The position numbers and the translations under genes were made by a program. A stretch of 61,496 nucleotides of DNA from an uncultured Rhodobiaceae bacterium (GTDB lineage Bacteria > Pseudomonadota > Alphaproteobacteria > Rhizobiales > TMED25): positions 1 through 61,496 of the forward strand of contig CAJWEW010000006.1 in assembly GCA_913030915.1 (NCBI GenBank), read 5' to 3'. Of the stretch, positions 18,438 to 27,007 are shown piece by piece (position 1 is the stretch's first letter; every line of letters starts with the position of its first letter). The notes under the pieces are model-generated. The model saw only the letters and a program-made list of their open reading frames with translations. It was not told where the DNA came from and did no database searches.

Positions 18438-19601
18438 ATGCAATTACCGTTTGATCAATCTAAATTAGATAAATTACTGGATGATCACGGTATTGATTTC
18501 TTAATTATAAATGATAAGAATACAGCCCAATATTTATTAGGTGGGTATAAATTTTTTTTCTTTGCGCAAAAAGACTCAATTGGTATTAGTCGTTATTTAC
18601 CAACTATTGGATACCCAAAAGGTAGGCCTGAAATGGCATTCTACATTGGACACATGTTAGAAGGTCAACAGCAAGAAGTTGAGTCATTATGGATTAAAGA
18701 CATAAAGAATATACAATGGAATACCAGTCAAGCGGGGCATGAAGCGGCAAAGAAAGTGATTGAACTCGGGTATTCGAAAAAGAGAATTGGAATTGAGCTT
18801 TGTAATACACCAACAGATACATACATTGCTCTCAAGAAAAATCTTCCAGATGTTGAATTTGTTGATGTGCTAGTTTTGATGCAAGAGCTGCGTTCAGTCA
18901 AAACAGACCAAGAGCTTGAGTTGTTAAAAAAGGCCTCAGATAATATTACTGCTTGCATGAAAAAGGTCATGACAGTGACAAAACCCGGTGCAGATACGTA
19001 TTCAATTGCCCAAGCGCTAAAAGAAGAAGAAACAAAATTAGGTATGAATTTTGAGTACTGCCTTGTAGCTGCTGGAAAATCATATAATCGTACCCCTTCA
19101 AAAAAACTTTCTTGGAATAAGGGTGAAATTCTATCGCTCGACTCAGGCGCAAATCTAAAAGGTTACCTTGGTGACTTGTGTCGAATGGCGGTGATGGGTA
19201 AACCTTCAAGCAAGATGCGGGACTTACTATCACAAGTCCGCGCAATTAATGACGCCCCTCGTTCTGTGATTAAATCTGGAATAACGGGTAATGAAATAAT
19301 AGAAGCAGCAAATCACGAGATATCAAAGTGTGATAAAACTCTCAATTTTAAATTTGTTGCTCATGGTATGGGCATGATCCAACATGAAGCGCCCCACATA
19401 TATGATAAAGGTGTCATACCATACCCTGCCCCTTACAAAGATAAATCTCTCGAGTCAGGAATGGTGTTATCCATTGAAACTGATCTCAAATATGATGATG
19501 TGGGGTTTGTTAAACTAGAAGATACTGTGGTAATCAGAAATGATGGATTTGAAGCCTACGGTGATGATATCCGTGATTGGGTTTGTAATGAGAACGTCTA
19601 A
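18438..19601 (+). CDS. M24 (Xaa-Pro peptidase/creatinase fold) family hydrolase
   Basis: LRSVKT..EL, LDSG...YLGDLCR, AHGMG..HEAP, SIET and KLEDTV. Confidence 0.87.
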   Translation: MQLPFDQSKLDKLLDDHGIDFLIINDKNTAQYLLGGYKFFFFAQKDSIGISRYLPTIGYPKGRPEMAFYIGHMLEGQQQEVESLWIKDIKNIQWNTSQAGHEAAKKVIELGYSKKRIGIELCNTPTDTYIALKKNLPDVEFVDVLVLMQELRSVKTDQELELLKKASDNITACMKKVMTVTKPGADTYSIAQALKEEETKLGMNFEYCLVAAGKSYNRTPSKKLSWNKGEILSLDSGANLKGYLGDLCRMAVMGKPSSKMRDLLSQVRAINDAPRSVIKSGITGNEIIEAANHEISKCDKTLNFKFVAHGMGMIQHEAPHIYDKGVIPYPAPYKDKSLESGMVLSIETDLKYDDVGFVKLEDTVVIRNDGFEAYGDDIRDWVCNENV

Positions 19602-19673
19602 GATTCCAAATTAATTACTCGTTCTATATACCTTAAGAAAAATACCAAAAAACTATGTTTATTTTCTTATCTA

Positions 19674-19692
19674 CTTGCAAATCATTCTTAGT
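19674..19692. promoter_or_regulatory. Candidate Fur/Mur-family box
   Basis: cTTGCAAATCATTCTTAGT resembles alphaproteobacterial Fur/Mur boxes (TGCAAAT-n-ATTYKCA type) and lies just upstream of a Mn/Fe/Zn ABC operon. Confidence 0.45.
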
Positions 19693-19709
19693 TGCATTAT
19701 ATTTACAAG

Positions 19710-20669
19710 ATGTTGAGAATAAAAATATGTTTCAAATTATTTGTACTTACACTTCTTGCAATGTGTGCCCAGTGGTCCGCAGTCTACGCAAATGAGAAGC
19801 CAAATGTTGTTGTCACCACAGGAATGATTGCTGATGCAATATCAAACATTGCAGATGACCTCGTCAATATTAAAGTTCTTATGGGTTCTGGTGTAGATCC
19901 GCACGCCTACAGACAAACAAGATCGGATATTGTTGCGCTAGCAAACGCTGATTTAGTTTTATGGAATGGTCTTTATCTTGAAGCGCAAATGGAAGAATTT
20001 CTATTAGAGCTTGCCAATGACAGACCTGTCGTTGCTGTTGCTGAGAGGGTGCCAAATAATTTGCTGATAGGTTCAGATGAATATGACGGACGTTACGACC
20101 CACATCTTTGGATGGATCCAAGTATTTGGTCCTATGTCGTGTTAAACGTGAAAGACGCTCTCATTGAGATTTTACCAGAAGCAAAAACTAGAATTAGCGA
20201 TAATACTGCAACTTACCTAAAAGAAGTCGAACAGCTTCAAGATTACGCAAACAGAGTTCTTGCGTCCGTTCCACAAAAAAACCGTATACTATTAACTTCT
20301 CACGACGCATTTAATTACTTTGGACAAGCATACGGCTATAATGTTATCGGCATTCAGGGTATTTCAACGGAGTCTGAAGCTGGTTTAAAGCGCATGTCTG
20401 AACTTGTAGATTTAATTATAGAAAAGAATGTTCAAGCTGTATTTGTTGAAACTTCAGTTAGTGACCGTAATATTAGGGCATTAGTTGAGGGGGTCAGAGC
20501 CAAGGGGTATGAAGTTAGCGTCGGGGGTGAGCTATTTTCAGATGCGATGGGTGAGCCTGGCAGCTATGAAGGAACATATATTGGTATGATTGACTCAAAC
20601 TCTACAACAATTGCAACTGCACTCGGTGGTGATGCACCGACTGCTGGTATGTTAAATAAAATCAACTAA
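19710..20669 (+). CDS. troA: Mn/Fe/Zn ABC transporter substrate-binding protein (TroA-like)
   Basis: Signal peptide, GVDPH, YDPHLW, SHDAFNYF and LFSDAMG metal ligands. Confidence 0.9.
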   Translation: MLRIKICFKLFVLTLLAMCAQWSAVYANEKPNVVVTTGMIADAISNIADDLVNIKVLMGSGVDPHAYRQTRSDIVALANADLVLWNGLYLEAQMEEFLLELANDRPVVAVAERVPNNLLIGSDEYDGRYDPHLWMDPSIWSYVVLNVKDALIEILPEAKTRISDNTATYLKEVEQLQDYANRVLASVPQKNRILLTSHDAFNYFGQAYGYNVIGIQGISTESEAGLKRMSELVDLIIEKNVQAVFVETSVSDRNIRALVEGVRAKGYEVSVGGELFSDAMGEPGSYEGTYIGMIDSNSTTIATALGGDAPTAGMLNKIN

Positions 20670-20701
20670 AATGGTAGTTCTGTATATTTATAGCTTCTTG
20701 C

Positions 20702-21502
20702 ATGAGTAATACCACTAACAGACCCAAGATAACCCCGTCTAAATCAGCATTAAAAATAGATGGTTTAACTGTCTCTTACGGTGATAAAACTGCAATATTT
20801 TCAGTAGATGCTAATTTTCCCATTGCCTCTATGTCGGCCATAATCGGACCGAATGGCGCCGGGAAATCAACACTTCTTAAGGCAGTAATTGGAGTACAAC
20901 CGAAGCTATCAGGGCAAATACATATATTCGATAATCCAATAGAAAATAACTTAAAAAAAATTGCATATGTGCCTCAAAGAGTGAGTGTTGATTGGGATTT
21001 TCCAACAAATGTAATAGATGTTGTACAAATGGGGCTCTATCGACAGGTTGGATTACTTGGTAGAATGAAAGGTAAGCAAGCTTCAATTGCAATGGAGTGC
21101 CTGGATCGGGTTGGTATGGCTGACTTATGGCAGAAGCAAATCGGTCAATTATCAGGTGGTCAACAACAAAGGGTATTTTTAGCAAGGGCTCTGGCGCAAG
21201 ACGCCGAAATATATCTGCTAGATGAACCATTTTCTGGTGTTGATGCGGCAACCGAAAGAGCAATTATTGACGTCTTAAAATCTTTAAAGTCGAAAAATAA
21301 ATCTATAATTGCAGTTCATCATGATTTAGCGACAGTCCGCGATTATTTTGACTACGTGCTCATGATCAATATAAAAAATATTGCAGAAGGATTAATTAAT
21401 GAGACTTTTACCAACGAAAATTTACAATCGGCATATGGTGGAAAGCTTGAACTAACACATGCAGAGGAGCTGTCTGCTACTAAAGATCGTGTTACTGAAT
21501 GA
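20702..21502 (+). CDS. troB: Mn/Fe/Zn ABC transporter ATP-binding protein (TroB-like)
   Basis: GPNGAGKST, YVPQ, LSGGQQQR, LLDEP and VHHD. Confidence 0.92.
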   Translation: MSNTTNRPKITPSKSALKIDGLTVSYGDKTAIFSVDANFPIASMSAIIGPNGAGKSTLLKAVIGVQPKLSGQIHIFDNPIENNLKKIAYVPQRVSVDWDFPTNVIDVVQMGLYRQVGLLGRMKGKQASIAMECLDRVGMADLWQKQIGQLSGGQQQRVFLARALAQDAEIYLLDEPFSGVDAATERAIIDVLKSLKSKNKSIIAVHHDLATVRDYFDYVLMINIKNIAEGLINETFTNENLQSAYGGKLELTHAEELSATKDRVTE

Positions 21503-22716
21503 ATACTTTTGTGCAAGCAATGCTATTCCAAGCGGGTTATAATGTTGCCCTCGTTACCGTTGGAGCTATACTTTTAGGTATCGCCTCAGGTTCGGCTGGA
21601 ACATTCCTTTTTTTGCGAAAGCGCGCACTTGTATCAGATGCAATAGCCCATGCAACCTTACCTGGCGTTGGAGTTGCCTTTATTATCATGATTTGGCTCG
21701 GAGGAGATGGACGTAGCTTATTGGGTTTATTATTTGGTTCAGCTATAACAGCACTTATAGGTCTATTCCTAATAGAGTGGATTCCTCGACGCACACGCTT
21801 ACCTGAGGATGCGGCCATTGGCAGTGTACTTGGAGTATTTTTTGGTGCTGGTATAGTTCTTCTAACAGTTATTCAGACAATGAGCAGCGGTAGACAAGCT
21901 GGGCTTGAAAGCTTTCTCCTTGGTTCTACAGCTGGAATGTTATTTCAAGATGCAGTTGTAATTGCTATTGGAGGATTTTTAAGTATTTTAGGGATCTGGA
22001 TTGCCCGCCGACCCTTGACAATTGTAGCCTTTGATAAAGATTATGCAATCTCTATGGGCTATGATATTCGAAAAATTGACCTTTTAATGATGGGGCTAGT
22101 ACTCGGAGTAACAGTTATTGGAATGAAACTTGTTGGTTTGATTTTAATTGTAGCAATGCTTATAATACCAGCAGTAACGGCACGCTTCTGGAGTAATCAT
22201 ACTGATGAAGTCGTTGTGATTGCTGGCTTTTTGGGCGGTTTATCGGGGTATATTGGTGCAGTTCTATCTGCTTCAGCCCCATCACTGCCAACAGGCCCAA
22301 TTATTGTACTGATTGCAATAGTTCTATTTGCACTTTCACTTTTTCTAGCACCAAACAGCGGAGTATTCTCAACATTCATTAAGCATCGAAAAACTAAATC
22401 ATATATCCACCGTCGTCAGGGGTTACTCACAATTGCAAAAGGTAAGGATGTTGTTAGCTCATTTACTCGGAAATTATTGGCAAGTGAGGGCCTCTCCGGA
22501 TCGGATGGCTTGACAGATAAAGGTAGAAAATTAGTGACAAAAATCCTCATTGATGAAAATAGATGGATTGCAGCCAAAGAAATATATCCAGATAAAGATA
22601 TGAATATAGATTATGGCATTAAACCAATTGAAGAAACGCTCACAAAAGAAGAGCTTATTAAACTTGATCAATATATCAAATCTCACAAATTTAAGAGTAT
22701 AACGTATGATTACTGA
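21499..22716 (+). CDS. troC: Mn/Fe/Zn ABC transporter permease (TroC-like) with C-terminal soluble DtxR-like extension
   Basis: RKRAL..DAIAHATLPG ABC-3 motif, followed by a ~110 aa hydrophilic tail containing LTDKGRKL...RW. Confidence 0.88.
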   Translation: MNTFVQAMLFQAGYNVALVTVGAILLGIASGSAGTFLFLRKRALVSDAIAHATLPGVGVAFIIMIWLGGDGRSLLGLLFGSAITALIGLFLIEWIPRRTRLPEDAAIGSVLGVFFGAGIVLLTVIQTMSSGRQAGLESFLLGSTAGMLFQDAVVIAIGGFLSILGIWIARRPLTIVAFDKDYAISMGYDIRKIDLLMMGLVLGVTVIGMKLVGLILIVAMLIIPAVTARFWSNHTDEVVVIAGFLGGLSGYIGAVLSASAPSLPTGPIIVLIAIVLFALSLFLAPNSGVFSTFIKHRKTKSYIHRRQGLLTIAKGKDVVSSFTRKLLASEGLSGSDGLTDKGRKLVTKILIDENRWIAAKEIYPDKDMNIDYGIKPIEETLTKEELIKLDQYIKSHKFKSITYDY

Positions 22717-23629
22717 ATTTATTCAATTTTCTTTGACGCCAATTTTAATCGGTATTCTGGCAGGAATAAGTTGCGCGGTCCCAGGCAACTTTCTTATACT
22801 CAAACGCCAGGCGCTAATTGGTGATGCAATCAGTCATGTTGTGCTACCTGGTATTGTTGTTGCTTTCATTTTCACAGGAGTTATTTCCACAATACCAATG
22901 TTGTTGGGCGCTGCAGGAGCGGCATTAGTCGCTGTCATGCTTATAGAAATTATTAAACGATTAGGAAAAATTGAGCCTGGTGCGGCAATGGGGGTTGTAT
23001 TCACAGGTATGTTTGCGCTAGGGGTATTAATTTTGGAACAAACAGATACGAGCAAAGTTCATCTCGATGTTGAGCATGCATTAATGGGAAACTTAGAGTC
23101 CCTGATTTGGTTAAAAGCACAAGGATGGCAATCATTGTTTGATCTTGACGTATTGAAAACCCTGCCCGATGAATTATTTCGTATCATTTTTGTTTGTGGA
23201 TTTATTCTCTTTCTGACAGTCATATTCTGGCGCTGGTTAAAAATTGTAACGTTTGATGAAGAGTATGCGAGAACTATTGGTATTCATTCCTCAATAATTA
23301 ACTTTTCACTGGTAATCATAACCGCTATCGCGGCTGTTGCAGCATTTGAGTCAGTGGGCTCTATCATTGTGATTGCTATGTTTATTTGCCCGCCTGCAGC
23401 AGCACGGCTAATGACAAATAAGCTAGGTATTCAGGTTATTTGGTCAATAGTTTTTGCAATATTAGCAGCAATTTTTGGCTATATAATCGCAGGATATGGC
23501 CCACTTTGGTTTGGTAGTGAAAATTCTGTAAGTGCCGCTGGTATGATTGCAGTCGTCTCAGGAATTATACTTCTGCTTACTTGCATGTACGGACCTTGTC
23601 GTGAGTCCGTTGGTCAAAAGAAAGATTAG
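22706..23629 (+). CDS. troD: Mn/Fe/Zn ABC transporter permease (TroD-like)
   Basis: GDAISHVVLPG, VHLDVEH and AAFESVGSI motifs. Confidence 0.88.
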   Translation: MITEFIQFSLTPILIGILAGISCAVPGNFLILKRQALIGDAISHVVLPGIVVAFIFTGVISTIPMLLGAAGAALVAVMLIEIIKRLGKIEPGAAMGVVFTGMFALGVLILEQTDTSKVHLDVEHALMGNLESLIWLKAQGWQSLFDLDVLKTLPDELFRIIFVCGFILFLTVIFWRWLKIVTFDEEYARTIGIHSSIINFSLVIITAIAAVAAFESVGSIIVIAMFICPPAAARLMTNKLGIQVIWSIVFAILAAIFGYIIAGYGPLWFGSENSVSAAGMIAVVSGIILLLTCMYGPCRESVGQKKD

Positions 23630-23647
23630 AGATATCCTCTCCTAGTA

Positions 23648-24625
23648 TTAGTCTACGCTAATCCAATTACTGTCATTTTCAGCTGATTTAACCATAGCTT
23701 CAAAAGCGGCAACGCCGTCAATTGCTTCATCAGTGGTGACAGGGAATGGCGCTTTCCCTTCAATATCATCAGCAAACGCTTCTAATGTTAAACCAACTAT
23801 ATTAGCATTTGGATAATTAATAATTGTCTCTTTATTATCCAGTGTTTTCTTGATTAGCCTTGTCTCTGCATCCATCAATAAATACCCCTTTGATCCATAA
23901 ACATGCAGTCTCCAAATATCAGCTGTTACATAAATGGTTCCTAGATATCCTGAAATTCCATTTTTGAATTTCATGAGCATTGAGGTTGTGTCATCTAGGT
24001 CAATATCGAGGACCCTGCTCTGGCTTATACATGATATTTTCTCAACTGCTCCAGCAATACTTATCATTGCGTCCATAACATGCGTTCCACGTGCAGCCAT
24101 TGCGCCGCCAGGACTTTCGATTTTTGATGCTCTCCACATACCCTCTTTAAGCTTGTACGCGCTTGGCCCAGATTGCTCTCCTTCAATGTGGAGCACGTCA
24201 CCTATCTCGCCATCACTAATCATTTTAAGTAAATCAATATACGCAGGCTGGAACCTTCTACTAAAACCTATACCCAATTTCAGATTCTTATCTTCTAGTG
24301 CCTTGACGCACATAGTTGCATCCGATTTTGTTAGTGTCATCGGTTTTTCAACAAATACATGTTTATTATGATTTGCGGCTGCTATAATCTGCTCAGTATG
24401 CGTCGTGTGTGGCGTTGTCAAAATTACAGCATCAATATTCTCATCTTTGAGGGCATCTTCATAAGTTTTATAAATTATTAAATCATTTTTCTTTAGGTAG
24501 GCTGAGTGTTGTTCACTGTTCTTTGAGCATGCACCAATAATTTTAATTTTTTCACTTTTATCTTTAACTGACTCTATTGAATGTTTCCCCCACCATCCAA
24601 GACCGACCATTACTGCATTAATCAT
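23648..24625 (-). CDS. Gfo/Idh/MocA family oxidoreductase
   Basis: VGLGWWG, TTPH..H and VEKP motifs. Confidence 0.9.
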   Translation of the reverse strand: MINAVMVGLGWWGKHSIESVKDKSEKIKIIGACSKNSEQHSAYLKKNDLIIYKTYEDALKDENIDAVILTTPHTTHTEQIIAAANHNKHVFVEKPMTLTKSDATMCVKALEDKNLKLGIGFSRRFQPAYIDLLKMISDGEIGDVLHIEGEQSGPSAYKLKEGMWRASKIESPGGAMAARGTHVMDAMISIAGAVEKISCISQSRVLDIDLDDTTSMLMKFKNGISGYLGTIYVTADIWRLHVYGSKGYLLMDAETRLIKKTLDNKETIINYPNANIVGLTLEAFADDIEGKAPFPVTTDEAIDGVAAFEAMVKSAENDSNWISVD

Positions 24626-24693
24626 GTTATTATCCTTTCCTCTCTGCTATATTTATAACAGTTTAAAAAATTTATTGTAATAGATTATTTATA

Positions 24694-25020
24694 ATGTTCC
24701 AAAAATATAAATGGAAAAAAAGACTATTAATTTCTTATTTCCATAATGATGAGTTTTACCCAATCATAATAGAAGAAATTAATCGCTATTTTATGCAAAA
24801 AAGTCAAGAAATTGAGGAAAGACAGCTAAAACACATTGCTATTACTCGAGATGATTTCGATAAAAATCTAATACCAATAGTAAATAAAGATACTTTTGGT
24901 CTTTATCTTGTGGGTCTTGACGGAACGCTAAAGAGATACTCAAAAGACCTGAAGCTATTGGAGAGTTTGCTGTCTGTCATAGATAGTATGCCAATGAGAA
25001 AAATGGGTATAAAAAAATAA
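24694..25020 (+). CDS. DUF4174-like small protein
   Basis: YKWKKRLLI, ERQL, LVGLDG..K and IDSMPMR match the DUF4174 pattern. Confidence 0.7.
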   Translation: MFQKYKWKKRLLISYFHNDEFYPIIIEEINRYFMQKSQEIEERQLKHIAITRDDFDKNLIPIVNKDTFGLYLVGLDGTLKRYSKDLKLLESLLSVIDSMPMRKMGIKK

Positions 25021-25403
25021 TGCCACTGCTCCAAAAAAAACAAATTTTATTCTTTACCCGGGATGTATTAGTGGTGTATGTGCTCTATTATACAACGACC
25101 TATCACTTAATTGGTATTAGTAATACGCAGTTTCGATACGCAATAATAATTTCAATAATACTATCATTAATCTACTGTACCTTTAGGTGTATCTCAGCGC
25201 TCATCTTTATAATTTTAAAGCTGATCACAATTAATAATTACTTTCTTAGTCATAGTAGAAATTCTCAATATTCAAAGCTAATCCCTACAGCAATTTTAAG
25301 TTTTTTTATATATTTCTATCTAATATCTCTGAATATCAAGGCATTAGAGATATTTAATAAAATTGATTTTTACCTCTTAGTATTTAAAGCAATAACATTT
25401 TAG
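25020..25403 (+). CDS. Hypothetical membrane protein
   Basis: TAATG coupling to the upstream gene and 3-4 hydrophobic segments. No family recognised. Confidence 0.45.
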   Translation: MPLLQKKQILFFTRDVLVVYVLYYTTTYHLIGISNTQFRYAIIISIILSLIYCTFRCISALIFIILKLITINNYFLSHSRNSQYSKLIPTAILSFFIYFYLISLNIKALEIFNKIDFYLLVFKAITF

Positions 25404-25529
25404 TAGTAAAAGAAATACAACAGGTTTCTTTGAATTCAATAAAGTTTTAGAATACAATCAAATTATAACTATGCTAATATAACCGTTAAAAAATAAAACA
25501 ATAATCAATTATTTTTTGGGTCCTAAATT

Positions 25530-26306
25530 ATGAGCGAAACTATTCTTAATGTTCAAAACATAGTAAAAAGGTTTGGTGGCCTTATCGCATTAAATGATTG
25601 TACAATAGGTATAAAGAAGGGTTCAATAACAGGGATTATAGGCCCAAACGGATCAGGCAAGAGTACACTTTTCAATGTTATTACCGGTCAACTAAAACCT
25701 GATTCGGGGTCAGTTTTCTATCATGGTCAAAATATAACTGGTTTGGAGCCCTATCAACTTTTTGAACTGGGTATGCTTCGAACGTTTCAAATTGCACACG
25801 AATTCACAAATATGACAGTTATTGAAAATCTTATGGTGGTACCCGGTAAACAAGCAGGTGAAAATCTGCTTTACTCACTAGTCAACAGAAGAAAGATTCA
25901 GGAAGAAGACGAAGTAATTAAACAAAAAGCGGATGAAGTCTTGGAGTTTCTCAAAATTGATCATCTAAGAAATGAATTAGCTGGGAACTTATCAGGTGGA
26001 CAAAAAAAATTATTAGAATTAGCACGAACAATGATGGTAGATGCGAAGATAGTATTTCTTGATGAGGTTGGGGCGGGTGTTCACAAAACACTTTTGAAAG
26101 ATATTGCAGACTCAATTGAGAGGTTGAACAAAGAAAAAGGCTATACATTCTGTATGATAGAGCACGACTTTGATCTAATTAGTAGACTATGCGATCCTAT
26201 AATTGTATTAGCAGAAGGATCTGTGCTATTTAAGGGAACATCAAGTGAAATCAAGAATAATGATGAAGTTATTGAGTCATACTTGGGCAGGGGTGTCAAA
26301 AAATGA
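25530..26306 (+). CDS. livG: Branched-chain amino acid-type ABC transporter ATP-binding protein (LivG-like)
   Basis: KRFGGL.A, GPNGSGKST, RTFQ, LSGGQKKL and EHD. Confidence 0.88.
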   Translation: MSETILNVQNIVKRFGGLIALNDCTIGIKKGSITGIIGPNGSGKSTLFNVITGQLKPDSGSVFYHGQNITGLEPYQLFELGMLRTFQIAHEFTNMTVIENLMVVPGKQAGENLLYSLVNRRKIQEEDEVIKQKADEVLEFLKIDHLRNELAGNLSGGQKKLLELARTMMVDAKIVFLDEVGAGVHKTLLKDIADSIERLNKEKGYTFCMIEHDFDLISRLCDPIIVLAEGSVLFKGTSSEIKNNDEVIESYLGRGVKK

Positions 26307-27007
26307 TGTATTTTTCTGCGAAAAATTTAACAGGGGGTTACGGTGGCGTCAATATCATAGAAGAATGCTGCTTTGAAGTTAATCAGGGTGAGATTGTATC
26401 AATATTGGGACCAAATGGCGCAGGAAAATCCACGGCAATGAAAGCCATGCTCGGAATACTCGATTTAAAGAATGGTGAAGTGATACTTGATGGACAAGAT
26501 ATTACAAGACTAAAAACACAAGATCGAATAAAGGCAGGAATTTCATTTGTCCCACAAACCAATAATATTTTTACTGAATTAACTGTAAAAGAGAACCTAG
26601 AGATGGGGGCATTCTTAAATGATGGTGATATCAGTAGTCGTATTTCAGAAATGTACGACTTGTTCCCTATTATAAACGAAAAACAAGATCAGTTAGCAGG
26701 AGAGCTTTCAGGTGGTCAACGTCAGCAAGTTGCACTTGCAAGAGCCCTAATGACTAAACCCAAGGTTCTAATGCTAGATGAGCCGACTGCTGGAGTGTCT
26801 CCAGTCGTGATGGATGAAATATTTGAACATATTTTAAATATTAAACAACAAAATATAGCAGTACTTATGGTCGAACAAAATGCTAGACAGGCATTGGGTA
26901 TATCAGATCGTGGCTATATCCTTGTTACTGGGAGAAATGCTTATGAAGGAAGTGGGGACTATCTTATAAACGATGATGAAATTAGAAAGTCTTTTTTGGG
27001 TGGTTAA
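26303..27007 (+). CDS. livF: Branched-chain amino acid-type ABC transporter ATP-binding protein (LivF-like)
   Basis: GPNGAGKST, ENLEMGA, LSGGQRQ, LDEP and VEQNA. Confidence 0.88.
   Translation: MMYFSAKNLTGGYGGVNIIEECCFEVNQGEIVSILGPNGAGKSTAMKAMLGILDLKNGEVILDGQDITRLKTQDRIKAGISFVPQTNNIFTELTVKENLEMGAFLNDGDISSRISEMYDLFPIINEKQDQLAGELSGGQRQQVALARALMTKPKVLMLDEPTAGVSPVVMDEIFEHILNIKQQNIAVLMVEQNARQALGISDRGYILVTGRNAYEGSGDYLINDDEIRKSFLGG

Noticed and set aside
5556-19601. Assigning the M24 proteins to DddP, DoeA or creatinase, or the cluster to nicotine or vitamin B6 degradation
   Set aside because: Only family-level resemblance is visible. Diagnostic partners such as molybdenum hydroxylases, doeBCD and pyridoxine oxidase are absent from the window.
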